A stretch of DNA of 63,957 bases, the filler included, from Piptocephalis cylindrospora (lineage: Eukaryota), in assembly GCA_003614145.1 (NCBI GenBank). It is 10 parts of 10 records of this genome, joined end to end, with 100 filler letters (N's around TTAATTAATTAA, not from the genome) between each part and the next. Parts side by side here need not be neighbours in the genome. Positions count along the whole stretch, not along the records: positions 1 to 6,488 come from KZ988282.1; positions 6,589 to 13,054 come from KZ988284.1; 8 more parts are not named here. The stretch is one strand, 5' to 3'. Below, one piece after another: positions 1 through 12,392 of the stretch. The notes beneath the pieces are model-generated. The model was not told where the DNA came from. It made no database searches and was given only the letters and a program-made list of their open reading frames with translations. Within the stretch, counting starts at the first letter, position 1; the number at the start of each line of letters is the position of its first letter. A program made the translations under genes and the position numbers.

Positions 1-224
1 AGAACAGCATCATAGGAGGCCTTGCTTGCAGCGAATACGGCAATCAGAGGGCCCTTGGAGGTAACGGAATATTCCAGTCCGATAACGGGGCCACTGGAGC
101 AGGTACCGTTCCCTGAAACGGGGGGGACTACGACCTCTAGGGTACTGGAGTCGGCGGCGGACACGAAGGCCGGGGTTGAGGCCAGGAGGGCGGCAGCAAG
201 AGGGAGAAGAGAGGTGAATTGCAT
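1..224 (-). CDS. Putative secreted protein, 3'-truncated at window edge (absent from ORF track)
   Basis: ATG at 224 reads MQFTSLLPLAAALLASTPAFVSA-ADSSTLEVVVPPVSGNGTCSSGPVIGLEYSVTSKG..., open to position 1. Typical signal peptide; pyrimidine-rich leader and TATA-like TATATA near 441 upstream. Confidence 0.65.
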   Translation of the reverse strand, partial: MQFTSLLPLAAALLASTPAFVSAADSSTLEVVVPPVSGNGTCSSGPVIGLEYSVTSKGPLIAVFAASKASYDAV

Positions 225-1563
225 TGTGAATAGAGGAAGGGGAAATTAAAAGAGCGAGGGTAAGGGGAGGATTTGAAGAGGCGGGTAGGGTATGAGAAGG
301 AAAGGAGGGAGGGAGGAAGGAAGGAAGAAGAAACAGTAGGACAAGATGGAGGAAAAGAGGGCCGAGGGAGGTGAGAAAGATAGAAGATGAGAATATGATG
401 AGAATATATAGACAGCTCCTCACCACTGGCTCTTTACCCATATATAGAGCGTGGGTCAGGAGGACAGAGAGAGAACGAGAGAGAACTATGGGGATAGGAA
501 GCGAGAGAGACGTGGTGGAGGTGGTGTGAGTCGGAGTGTAAATTAGCTTGACTTACCATCGTCGATGGAATGAGTGTTCACAGTCCGCTGATGGGAATGT
601 GAAGAAAGGAGTCCTAAAGAACATTCCATCAGGACAACTCGTCGGAACAAGGCCGGAAAAACACAGACCGATAGGCAAAACCATCACAGCGGGCCAGGAC
701 AAACACGGTCAATCTCATCATCTTCACGCATAGCCTCCTTGAATCCTATTCAAAGCCTCTACTTGTCGGGCGTTTCGGGTTCTGTTATTCTCGTGAGCAT
801 CTTCCTACATTCTGTGGAACCTCTTGTAGATTCCACTATACATGGTGGGAATTGGATGGGACGCCTAAGGAAGACTCACATCGTCTTAGGAGCTGCAAGT
901 ATCTGTGAGGCGGTTGATTGGAATTTAGAATATGTTGATTTAATAATAAACAGGACCAATAGGCCCTTGGATCTTTCTCTCTGAAAACTTACAACCAGAA
1001 TATCCCTTGGTCAGTATCTAGAAATACCTGGATAACTCACAAACTCTTAACCACCGCGTCAACCTCGGGATGCCTTAACGTTCCCTCCTCACAAATCATG
1101 GATAATTGAATGGAAGTTGCAGGGATTCCAAGGAAGACATGACTGAATAAATAAAGTGGCCTTGGTGTCCCCGGGAGGAGTGGGCCAGGGATGTGGAAAG
1201 GTGGAAAGTGGGCAAAGGAGAAATGTGTCCAAGAGAGGAGGAAGAGTTTGGATGAACATCCAGGATCGATCTTACGCCAGCAAACCTGTGTAATGTGTGA
1301 ACACTATTATCCCCCAGCCCTACAGCTCTTTCAACGTACATGATTACCTGTTGTTTTTGGAAAGAAAAATGTGCTTGTGTCAAGAGGTGAATAAAAGTAA
1401 GGGCGATAATTGTACTATCTGCCTTCCTTCTGATGCCTATCCTGTTCCACCCCCATTCCGACTCAACTTTTCGGTTTCGTGTTTCATCATCAGTCCATCC
1501 CAATGAGAGAGGTAGATACGTGCAATATTCAAGATAGTTCTACTTTCTTTCCCCTCTCCCTTC

Positions 1564-4500
1564 TCAGAACCCGGAAAAGCACCGGGAGAGGATAGATGCC
1601 TGCTCTTCCTTGTAGATATGGCCGATCCCGGGAGCTGGAGTGGGATAGGCCTTTCTTCCCACGTATTGGAGGGTCTAGGATAGTAGTTAATTTTCCAACG
1701 TATGATCGATGGAATGGGGATAAACCAGTCAATAGTTGCACGGCCACCGCTCTCAGGATCCATACTGAACTTACCCGCTGATCCCCAATTTGCTGGGAAA
1801 GTCTTGGGAGGATGAAACTATAGGCCCCTGCGTTCTCCGGCTCCTCTTGGCACCATACCACCTCGGCATTGGAGGAGTATCTTTCAAGGATCTCAGCAAT
1901 GGCATCCTTTGGGTAAGGGCAAATTTCCTAGAGAAAGGAGAGGGAATCTGAATGAGTAAGGATGTGGTCCTTCCTCTTCTTAAAATAGCCGCATCCTCCG
2001 TCCCTTCTCAAGAAGGGAATGAAACTTACCTCAACCCGGACAAAGGCCACCTTATCATCTAGGTTCTTGGCGGACCTTTCCTTAATCAGGTCGTAGTACA
2101 GTTTTCCCGACACAAACACCACTCTCTCCACGCTGAATAAGGGGATATGAAGATGATAAGTGGATAGGTTAGCCTATCTATCTACTCATCGTCCCATCCC
2201 TCCTCCCCAGCATACCTCTCGGGTTTGGTAATGGGATCTGGTAGTACTGGATGAAACTGTGATCCTGGAGCCATGTCGTTCAGCGAAGAGGAGGCAGCCT
2301 ACAGAAAGTAGAAGTCAGGATGATTTTTATACCACAACATGTGAAAGGTCTCCCGTTTAATTTTATCAAAATGACGAAAGTCCTACCCCGAGGCGAAGAA
2401 GGGTCTTTGGCGCAGCTAGAATCAAGGGCTTCCTGTACGGACGCATCATCTAAGGGTATGGAAGACATATTGGGAGGATAATGAGAAGATTCTTATCGTT
2501 TTCTACTCCTGAGGTGCACTGTGCACACCCTTCCCAAACTGACCTGGCGACGCAAGAGGTGAAAGTATTGGGCCGGAGTGGTGCAATTGGCAACGCACAT
2601 GTTTGGGTTAGCAGCTTGTCCATCATGAATATTCAATGGGGCGTCGGTTAGCTAAAATAGAGAGGAGAAGATGGTCATTCAATGGCCTAGAGCAACAAGA
2701 GGGGGAATGAATAAAACCCACCTGGAGGAACCGTTCAATATGACATGAAGAATGCTCAGGGCCGGCCCCGTCATATCCATGGGGAAGGAGCATAACCAAG
2801 CCAGATTCTTTGGACCATTTCGCTATTTCACCCCATCATTCCGCAACATCGAAAAACATTGGTGAGAAAGGCTTCCTTAGGTACCCTAAAACCTCGGAAG
2901 CTTAGAGTCACTTACCCTCCCCGCCCGTAATGTAAGTATCAATGATGACTTGGGCCGTGTTAAAAAAGTCACCAAACTGGGCCTCCCAAATGTTTAAGGC
3001 CTTGGGGGATTCGAGGCTCATACCATACTCAAATCCTAGGACGGCCAATTCCGAAAGATGACTGTTGGCCACCTAGTATGTTGATTGGGAAAATGAATAT
3101 GATGTATGAGCCCTCCCCCACGAAAATGCGAAAAAGAAAAGTATTACTTCCAGTTTCCCTTGATCCTCCTCAAGAGAATTCAAGGGTAGGTGTACCCCTT
3201 CAGTGCGTTGATCTACGAGCATGGCATGCCTTTGGGAAAAGGTGCCTCTTCCTACATCCTGACCACTGATCCTTACTTGATAGCCTAGAGCGATTACGGC
3301 AAGTTACACCAGAAAAAGTGAGAATTGCCCATCCAGCCAAACACCCGATCAAGACGCATAAACCCACCATCTTGAAGGAGACTTCCCCAAGCGAGGGCCT
3401 CGGCAGTAGGCCAGTCAATGCACTTTTTATCCGGAGGTGAAGTGACCTTGGAAATCCGGCTCTTGATATGATACTTTTGTAGTCTGGGATGAATGACCTA
3501 GAGCATGGAGGTGGGAGGGAGGAAGGATTAATGAGGTGCCACCTTAGCCTATTGACTATACCTTCATTCCCCTTGATTTAATCACATACAAAGTCTGCAG
3601 GAGCCTTGACCGAACCCTCCCCTATCTTCTGAAGTCGGTTCACATCCACTCCCGTATCCAGATCAGGGCCAAGTTCAGTGGGAACAATGTACCCTTCCCA
3701 TTTGTTTTTTAACGCTTCTCCCTGAGGATAATGGGATGAATGATCCCAGGGTTGGTGTCCTTCTCAGATATTCCGTTTAACCCTTCCCATACCAAACACT
3801 TACCTTAGGCTCGTAGGATTGAGCAAGGGACAATTCCTTCTCTAGCCAAGTGTGATACTTGGATCGAAGAGCATTAACTTCCTCTGTGATCAAGGCGAGC
3901 TGTGCCCCATCTCCCTTGGTTGATTCGGAGTTCCGACTCATCAGCCATTCCTCATACATCTTGGGAACACTTTTCCTAGACCTAATGTTCTCGTACATCC
4001 TGGGCTGGGTAAACCCGGGCTCATCCAACTCATTATGGCCCCATCGACGATATGTAACCAGGTCAAGGATGACGTCTTTACGAAACTTTTCCCGGTACTC
4101 AAAGGCAATCTTGGATGCCTTGGCCACTTCTTCCGGGTAGTCCCCGTTGACATGGATGACTGGGGCATTGATCATCTTTCCAATGTCGCTGGTGTACACG
4201 GTGGACCGAGCATTGAGGGCCGGAGTGGTGTACCCGATCTGGTTGTTGATGATAATGTGGATTGACCCCCCGGAAGAGAAGTGAGGTAGGTTGGAGAGAC
4301 CAAAGGTTTCCATGACTACTCCTTGCCCGGTAAAGGCCTTGGGAAAAAGGGGGAGAGAGGTATGAGTGGATGGATCAGCATTCATCTCATCTTCATTACA
4401 TGTAGAAAGTACTTACAGCATCTCCATGTAACTGGATGCACATCACCCGATCGCCTAGTTGACACTCTAGATCTTTTTGGGTCTCGCGCTTCTCAATCCC

Positions 4501-5720
4501 AGTAATATAATCCATTTGCTTTGCCCTGGCCTTCCCCATGGCCACGGGATTGACCGCCTCCAGATGTGAGGGGTTAGGTAGGAGTGTAACGTGAACCTCT
4601 CCATCATCTCCGTAATTGAGTGTAGGAGAGTTGGCTAGGATAAAAGAGAGATTGCATAAGAAAGAGCATAAATCCACCCGTTATTATTCTCTTCTGTAGT
4701 ACAACTTACATAAATGGGACAGGACATCCCCTGTTCCAGGAACTCCTGGGGCCAGTTCACTCTTCCCATTAATCTTACTAAAGACAGCTCGGGGCGGGAA
4801 GGCGAGGAGATCCGTAAGGAGGTTGAGACGGCCCCGATGGGGCATACAAAGGACCAGGTCCTGGATATGGGATCGAGCGGACTGGAGAAAAAGTTGATCC
4901 AGAACCACCATCATCCCCTCAGCTCCCTCCAGGCCATACCTCTTAACCTGAGGAAACTTTTTAGCCATAAAGTGGTCAAAGACCTCGCTTTTGGTCAGAA
5001 GCCCAAGCATCCTCTTCCGCTCTTCTCTGGAAGGGTCAACCTTATGGGCAGCGTAAGACTCGACTCGATGGGCAAACCACCGACGCTCACTAGCATTAGG
5101 GATATGGGTAAACTCATAGGCAATTCTTCCACAGTATATGTCCTTGAGATACCCCAAAATGGTAGGGAGATCCGCTGTGTCCCTGGAGGCCGGATTGGAC
5201 TCTGAAGCGTTGACATGGAGGATCCCTGACAAAGGGTATTCCTTTTCGGGCTTCTTGGTGAATCTGTACCTGCTGACATCCAAGGCTTTGACTTGTCTAT
5301 GTAGTAGGGGTGGGGTGGGAGAGGCAGAGAAAAGAGTGAGAGAGTGAGAGATAGAGAGAGGTGAGCCAACATAGACCACAACCTACTCTAGCTTTTGAAA
5401 CCCAAGAGGATCCAGCTGTGCCTGCCTATGACCAAAGGTACGGTAGGCTGTGACGAGACGAAGAAGGTCAGAATGGGCGCTTCGGTTATCCAATTGCTCT
5501 GGTGTGTCTATTCCAAGGAGAGGGCAGGAGAGGCGAGTCAGAGGTGAAAGGATCAAGAGACCTCTCTAGGGGAAGCTCACTTACAATCAGGCATCTCGTA
5601 GATGTGCGGTACACGATATCCGTAAGCTGCCGTATCATGATAATGCTGTCGAAGCGGAAGGACAGGAAGGGTCCTACGACCTCCACGGTGGAGAAAGGCC
5701 CTGGCCATGCTGAGTGACAT
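1564..5720 (-). CDS. DHTKD1: 2-oxoadipate/2-oxoglutarate dehydrogenase E1, DHTKD1 type, mitochondrial; 16 exons
   Basis: Manually spliced from ATG 5720 ([16 protein letters not shown]...[12 protein letters not shown]) to TGA 1564 with GT-AG introns and no internal stops. Motifs: [101 protein letters not shown]. Confidence 0.92.
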
Positions 5721-6285
5721 CTTGGATAAGAGGAGGATATGGAGAATTGAAATGAAATGAAATTGAGGTAGCGGTAGTGGTGGCTAGGAAGAGGGAAGTA
5801 ATGAAGAAGGAGGAAGAGGATAGATGGCACCAGCCTCATCTCTCTCATTCAGCGCTTACGCGGAGGATAGTTTTTATAGGCGAAGGGCGGTGGAGCCCTA
5901 CATGTTGACGTACAATGATGATTGTGCGATGATGAGAGGGGGAGAGAAAGGAACATATCTAGGCGGCCATGTCGCGTCGTTAGCGTGGGAAAGGGGGTGT
6001 GGGGAGAAAGTGGCGACAGGGTCTTCTACTCCGACTAGGGCATGGGATCATGTCAGGTGATTTATGGGTCGTTGGATCAGGCAGGCGACTCTTACTGTAG
6101 TACTGCATTATTATTATTACTATTGCATCTATACGCCAGATCCCCTTTCATTCAGTTCCGCTTAGTGAGGAGTCCTTAATAAAACACTACGTTCATCCAA
6201 AAGACAAAGTTATCCTTCTATTCCTTGGTGACTGTTCAAGAAAAATGGCCTAGTTAGCCAATTAGTTCAATGCACATAGGAGAGA

Positions 6286-6488
6286 TGTTGTTGTTGAAAC
6301 CATTTTATTTTCCCTTAGTGGGGTAGGCGCTAAAGGCATCCAAACGCATAACCCTCCTCATTCGGCCGGCCTGTGTGGTACCAGAAACCATGTTCCCGAC
6401 GTGTGCCCTGTACTGTAATTTTTGAAATTGACACTACAAAAAACCATTAGAGCATCTCCTCCCGAGGTAGATGGCGATGGAATCCACT
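6286..6488 (-). mobile_element. Partial (3' part) copy of the SINE at 55314-55659, cut by the contig end
   Basis: Ungapped match to 55314-55512 with about 26 mismatches in ~199 nt by hand. The tail-proximal 51 nt are identical, and it ends (minus strand) in AATAAAATGGTTT(CAA)3CA. Confidence 0.8.
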
Positions 6489-6588
6489 NNNNNNNNNNNN
6501 NNNNNNNNNNNNNNNNNNNNNNNNNNNNNNNNTTAATTAATTAANNNNNNNNNNNNNNNNNNNNNNNNNNNNNNNNNNNNNNNNNNNN
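6489..6588. other. Artificial contig linker N44-TTAATTAATTAA-N44; also at 13055-13154, 19617-19716, 26168-26267, 32715-32814, 39255-39354, 45788-45887, 52200-52299, 58707-58806
   Basis: Identical 100-nt spacer with stops in all six frames every ~6.5 kb; genes are cut at these points. Confidence 0.99.
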
Positions 6589-6918
6589 GTGGGGGTGGGG
6601 TATCCAGGATGGGATGGAAACTAGGATCCGGGTCTGAAGCTAGGATGTGATCCTGAGCATCCCATTTTTATACTCAAGGGCCCCGGTTCCCCCGACACGA
6701 TCCAAACCACTCGATCCCGACTTGACCGGGAGACAAGACTAATGGTGATGATGGAGAACCGGAAATGCAACCTCCAAGGCGAAATAGTTACTCCTTGGAC
6801 GACTGGCTGACAAAGAATGACCGAGACATTTCCACAGTGGAGGAAGAAGGGGAAGGGGACGGGGATGGCAGAATAGTATGGGCGAGTCACACACGAGTGC
6901 TAGACAATCAGTTGGTCA

Positions 6919-6976
6919 ATGTATGTGTATGTATGTATGTATGTATGTATGTATGTATGTATGTATGTATGGTATG
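6919..6976. repeat. (TATG)n microsatellite
   Basis: Direct tetranucleotide repeat visible in sequence. Confidence 0.95.
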
Positions 6977-7547
6977 TGTGTGTGCGTATACTGATGGGCG
7001 TCACGCCTACCAGGAGAGGAAAGGTGAACGAGGATGCTATTGCTGTGCTGACTGAGACCCATCCTGGTCAGGAAGAGGATTGGACAGGTAGTGGCAGGGG
7101 AGAGGGGCATAGGCCAGAATATCAGACAATGGGCAGGATGACCATTCGATAAATGTCTGAAAGTAAGGAGTATTGAGGCGGTTCATAGTCGATTGGAAAG
7201 GAGAGAGAGGTTTACCGGATCAGTCAGCACAGTGCCCCTTTGGGCGGAGATATGGAGCGATTGTTTTTCTGTTGCTTTCTGGGACTGCTCCATTGTCCCA
7301 TATGGCCATGACTAATGCCGGCCCACTTGGGGCTGGGGTGAGTCAGGAATGGATGATTGGGAGGTGGAAGGAGAGCACTTTTTCTAATGATCACGTCTAG
7401 TATGGGATCGACAGGCCTATCCTTTACAATGACAGGGATAGACAGTAAGAGTGAAGGGTGAATGTATTGGGAGAGAGTAGGCAATACACGAGTTTAGATC
7501 ACGTGTATCATCATCCTCACATACTCGACCAAAGCGAAGGCGCAGTC

Positions 7548-8498
7548 TCAGGCACCAACGATGAAAGGCTGGTAGGGATCATTGACGATGAACCGCTGGT
7601 AGGGGTTCTTACTGTCGTTGGTACAGGCCTCCAGGAAGCCAAAGGAGGAGAGGCAATTGATGTAGCCCTGGAGAAAGTTACCATAGTTGCTGATGTGGGT
7701 GGCATTTTTCGCGTTACAATATTCGTACGTGTTGGGCTCACCATCGACCTGGCTATCAGCGACAGAGAAGAGCCACAGGGTTTTCATATACTCATCAAAC
7801 TGTCTCCGAGACTCTTCAGTATCGTCTTTGGGCTCTAGCCAGTAATCCGCTTTCTCCTCATCTGAACTTTTTGGAGCCTCCAGATCATCAATTTTGCCCT
7901 TGATATTTGGTCCGGGACCGCAAGGACGGATAAGGAGAGGGGTCTGGTAGACGTAGGTATCTCCTTGGAGGGCATTGCTGGCAAGACAGTTATTGGTACC
8001 AGGGATCTGAAGTTGGTAGACATAGCTTATTTCGTATGAACCTTTCACTACGAGAGCGACCCCCCTAGTCGTCCAGGTTTGATTTTTGTTCCCGTTTTCC
8101 GCCTTTGGCGAGAAGGAGGTTTGATTGACTCCCTCCTTGGTCAGGACTTTCCCAGTGGCAGCGTCCGTGATGCTATTCAGGGTCAGCGAATCGAGATAAC
8201 GAATAGGAACGGGGTAAGTATCAAAGTTTCCGTGTGGACGAGCCTGGAGCTTGAGGGTGGAATCTTCAAAGGGAATAGTACTCCATTTGTTGTCTCCGTA
8301 TCTGGAGATGGATTTTACTTGGCTGTCCGTCCGGTCAGAGTAAAAATCCGGTATGTGCATGAGCCGCATGTTGAGATTTCCCGGAGCGGGGCACTCGGGG
8401 CTATCAAAGTCACCGAAATAAGCAGCTGTGCTCACCTGGAGCACAGTAGAGAGTGTGAGGGCAATGATGGGGATGGATGGGAGAGCGGAAACCATCAT
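7548..8498 (-). CDS. Secreted protein with divergent ricin-B (beta-trefoil)-like domain, paralog 1
   Basis: Signal peptide MMVSALPSIPIIALTLSTVLQVSTA. Three trefoil-like units: ITDAATGKVL..NQTW; YQLQIPGTNNCL..LLIRPC..TLW; HISNYG..NCL..LEAC..QRF. Clearly homologous to 9215-10078. Confidence 0.75.
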   Translation of the reverse strand: MMVSALPSIPIIALTLSTVLQVSTAAYFGDFDSPECPAPGNLNMRLMHIPDFYSDRTDSQVKSISRYGDNKWSTIPFEDSTLKLQARPHGNFDTYPVPIRYLDSLTLNSITDAATGKVLTKEGVNQTSFSPKAENGNKNQTWTTRGVALVVKGSYEISYVYQLQIPGTNNCLASNALQGDTYVYQTPLLIRPCGPGPNIKGKIDDLEAPKSSDEEKADYWLEPKDDTEESRRQFDEYMKTLWLFSVADSQVDGEPNTYEYCNAKNATHISNYGNFLQGYINCLSSFGFLEACTNDSKNPYQRFIVNDPYQPFIVGA

Positions 8499-9214
8499 GT
8501 GTTTTAATGGAATGGCGAAGTGGGGCAGAAGAGGATAAAGTCAGAACAAAACCAGTTTGCACGGACGATTGAGGAGGAAGACGGTTGGAGAGAAGGGCGG
8601 AGGAAAGAGGTCGCAGTGTATGGGGATGAAGGGGGAAGGGATGAGGGATGAGGAAGCGTGAGATAGAGGGGGGAGAGAGCCATAGAAGGGTGATCTGCCC
8701 TATATAGGCGGGCGGAGTAAGAAAAGCGGGCCAGCAGGCTGCCATAGCAAGATGGAAAGATAGGCTCCGCCTGAAACTCCGCAGCGATCTAGGAGCTCCT
8801 TTTTTCTACGAACCCATTCAAAGTATATTTCAAGCGGTGTATCTGATGGTGACATCAACAGGAGTCAAGTGTTTCTTATCGCCATGAGGAGAAGGGGATA
8901 TCATGGTAGTGCTGGTAGGAAATGATCGACACTGTAAAGTGGAAAGGTATGGGGCTATGGGGGGATAGAGTAATCCAATTGATATATGATAAAATTGAAG
9001 TTTCCAGTCTAGCAGTGTATTTGGGCGAGAAGACCATGATAAATGAGTGGAGGCTCCCTTGCCCCAGAAAGAAGGGTCATTCTATAAGGGGATAAAGGAG
9101 AAGACATGGTTTTGTCTGTAAGTTGGAAAGGGGATGGAAGGTCGCATTATATGGGCAGGGCAGCTCTCATTCTTGAACATCCAAAGACCAAGGGCACATT
9201 TCCTCGAGAAGGGG

Positions 9215-10078
9215 TCACTGAACAGGGGTGACGGTGAAGCTCTGGGTGGGAGCGTTGTAATCACAAGGACCTAGTGTACCATGGTCGGAGAGACAGGTAT
9301 AGTAACCGTTGAGGTAGTCCCCAAAGCCATTAAGATGAGCAGGTCCATCCGGGGTGTAGGGATCTAAGTTGGGGTCGGCAATAGTGATGAGCCACAGGGT
9401 CTTGAGATATTCCTGGAAGTGGGCAGGGGCCTCGGGATCCCCGAGGGCATACCCTAGGGTTCCAGGAGCGGAGCCCTCCTCGGTCTTGGGAGCAGCGGTC
9501 TGGGAAGGGTCAGTGATGTCGCCAAGGACCCCGGCTTGGGGCTTGCAGGGGCGAATGAGGAGGGGAGCCTCGTGGAGATACTGGCCTCCTTGGATTGCAT
9601 TACTGGCCAGACAGTTTCTGGTGCCTGGCTCCTCAATCTGGAAGACGTAGGATCGTTTGCCCTTGATCTCCACGGTCATGCCACGTAATGCCCATGCCTG
9701 GATGGAGCCGTCCTGATCCGACGGATCCTGCAGGGAGACGCCGTCAGGCTGCTTCAGGGTAAGAAGGCGTGAGGAGAGGGAGGCAATGTGGGTGAGGGTA
9801 TTGGGAGGTGTGGCGATGGGCACGGGATAAGTGTCGTCGGACCAGTCCTGGGGATGAGGGATCGAGATATCAGGGGAATCGACCCAATTAGTGCCGTTGT
9901 AAGCGAGAATCTTATCGAGGGTAGTGTGAAGGCTATCCGCAGTGGTATCATTGATTTTGAATAGGGGGAAGAAGTTCGAATTTTCTGGGGGACCTGAGCT
10001 CATGGCCCTCGAGGAGAGGGGTGTGAGGACCATGGTTAGGATGAGAGAACCTGGTACGATGGAAGAAGGGAGTAGCAT
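9215..10078 (-). CDS. Secreted protein with divergent ricin-B (beta-trefoil)-like domain, paralog 2
   Basis: ATG 10078 MLLPSSIVPGSLILTMVLTPLSSRA signal peptide. Shares DTYPVPI, QxW-x2-RG, PGTxNCLASNAxQG, PLLIRPC, FxEYxKTLWL and GYxxCLSxxGxLxxC with paralog 1. Confidence 0.75.
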   Translation of the reverse strand: MLLPSSIVPGSLILTMVLTPLSSRAMSSGPPENSNFFPLFKINDTTADSLHTTLDKILAYNGTNWVDSPDISIPHPQDWSDDTYPVPIATPPNTLTHIASLSSRLLTLKQPDGVSLQDPSDQDGSIQAWALRGMTVEIKGKRSYVFQIEEPGTRNCLASNAIQGGQYLHEAPLLIRPCKPQAGVLGDITDPSQTAAPKTEEGSAPGTLGYALGDPEAPAHFQEYLKTLWLITIADPNLDPYTPDGPAHLNGFGDYLNGYYTCLSDHGTLGPCDYNAPTQSFTVTPVQ

Positions 10079-10552
10079 GGTAACGGGATGACTTGAACAA
10101 AGCCGGCTTGTCAAATCTACCGTGTTTGAGGGGGAGGGGAGGGAAAGAAAGGGGAAGAGCGGGCGGGAACAAGGCCTTTAGTAGACGGAAAGAGGAGGAG
10201 AAGAGGGAGAGAAGGAAGAAAAGGAAGAAAAGGAAGAAGAGGAAGAAGAGGAGGGCGATCTGAATATAGAGAATGCTGAACAAGAGAAGAGGAGCATACG
10301 TTTTGGTCGGAGTTAGAAAAGCGCTGGGGTTGGACGGAGGACAGGAGACCGGCGTTTCTTGAGTGATCTTAGATTTCGTTGTGACATTCATTGAGAGCGG
10401 TGTATGGGATGTGGAAGATGAGCAGATGAACAATAGGTCCTTCGTAGCAAGCAAAAGCAGGATCATGAACCATTGTATATTTCCCCGTTTCAAAGCCACA
10501 GATAAAGAATCAGCACCGTATACACACACATAAAGGGAATGGCGTATCCTGA

Positions 10553-12154
10553 TCAGGACCAATCGCGATCGGGAAGAAGGGTTGGAGCAAGAAGGGTCCA
10601 AAGGTAGAGGGAGTAACAGACCCATCCAGAGACGAGCTTAACCCAGACAGCAGCCATGCCCTGACCCACGCGGACCAGTTCGCCTTGTCGGTGTTGTGGA
10701 GTAAGGTCGGAAAGGGGATCGGTGACCTTGACGGTGTTCCAGTTGGTGAGGAGCATGGCGACGTACATGGCGGCGAGGGCAAAGATGATGTGGAAGAAAG
10801 CATAATTGTAAGCTACCCCATGGACCTCGTCATCATCATCGCTGTTGCTGTCCTTGGGGCTGGATTCTGGGTCATCGAGATCGACTTCAGGATCATTGAA
10901 GGCGGAGGAGGAACGGAGGTTAAACCAGCGTTTCTTTTTCCCGGAGCCCGAAGAGTCCTTGGAGGAGGAGGTGCCGACAAGGGTGGCGGCCTCGGCATCC
11001 TGCTGGGCCTGGGCTTCCTCGAGAGCGGATGCGGGGAGGGCACCGCTTTCGACGGCGGACCGAATGGCCTCAATGCGCATGCCGGCATTTTGACTGGGTT
11101 GTTCATCCAGACGAACGGAGCCGCCTCCTCGAGGGCTGAAGGAGGAGGGGTCTTCGTCGACTTCTAGATCATCCTCCAAGGCCTGGTAGCCCCGGCCTTT
11201 GACCCACTTTTTGCCTTGGGTGGCGGCACGGGAGGTGGAGTAGGCGAGGGCGAGGAAAGTGAGGGTAGCGCCGACGACGACAGCCGTGGTTTTGGAGCCA
11301 TGGGCCCAATGAGTGGGTTTGCAATTGGGGGCAGAGGAGGGGTCGTCCAAGTCATCGGGGCCAGGGGCATTGACGAGGGCAGAGACGACGAGATAGGTAC
11401 CATAAGCGCCGACCATGGCAGCGGGGGCCAGCCCACTCTGGGGCCTAGCCTCCTGGACGGCCGGATGAACAGAGGTGATACACACGGCGAGGGCGAGGAA
11501 GAGATTGACGGAGATGACCACACGATTAAATGTGCAGCCGGGGCCGGTAAAGAAGATGTAGAGGAGGACAGTGAGGACGAGGGTGACAGAGATGAGGCCT
11601 AGGGTGGAGCCAAAGAGGAGGAACTTCCAAAGACCCCCTCCAGAAGAGTCGTCCCCATCCTCTTCCGCGGAGGCCTCGTCCATCTTTTCGAGGCAAGTTT
11701 CGGACCAGGTATGGGCAAAGTCGACGAGGAGAAGAAGTTGGAGGAGGACAAAGGCGCAGGCCCCTAGTAAGGCAGGGCCATTTCCGTAGAAGATGACCAG
11801 GGAGTTGGGAAGAAGGAATGCCCCGACGACGATGAGGACCCAGACGATGAGCTTAATGCCCCAGAGCCTAAGGAAGAGAGAAGGGGTGAGTGAGGGGGAA
11901 GGAAGGGGGGAAGGAATGATAAAACGTACTTGTTTTGAAGGGTTGACCGAGGCTGGCGAGTGGAATGAATACCGACAAGGAGACCGGCGAGTAACAAGTG
12001 GAAGAGGGCCAGAGCAAGACAAAGACGATGGACAGCGAGGACACCATAGCATAGACCCTCTTCACAATTGAGATGCCAATAGCCATGAAGGAAGGTATCT
12101 TCAAATTTTCTAATAGCCCAGTCCGTGAGCATGACCCAAGCCATCTGGGGATGG

Positions 12155-12186
<32 letters not shown>

Positions 12187-12392
12187 TGATGAGTCGAACG
12201 TATGATAATGGCCAAGATAAGACAAAGCCTTACCAGAGTATTGACAAGGAAAAGTAGGGCATACATGATCCGAGTGGCCATGGACCCGGAGACGTTGAGG
12301 GCGGAACAAAAGCAGGAGCATAGTGCTGATGAGACGCAAGAAGTGGCACATGTAGTGACCTGCGTTGTTGCGAGACTTAGGATGGAGCCCAT
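10553..12392 (-). CDS. TMS1: Serine incorporator (SERINC/TMS1) membrane protein; exons 12392-12234, 12144-11930, 11867-10553
   Basis: MGSILS..Cys-rich N-terminus, SMATRIMYA, CYGVLAVHR, LLVDFAHTWSE, YNYAFFH, WVKLVSGWVC..LYLWTLLAP..LPDRD; spliced frame is open. Confidence 0.93.

Noticed and set aside
6362..6440. HDV-like ribozyme (GGCCGGC start) or Sm-site snRNA (AATTTTTGA)
   Set aside because: No complementary P1 strand downstream; the Sm-like site is not conserved in the second copy and lies antisense to the Pol III boxes.
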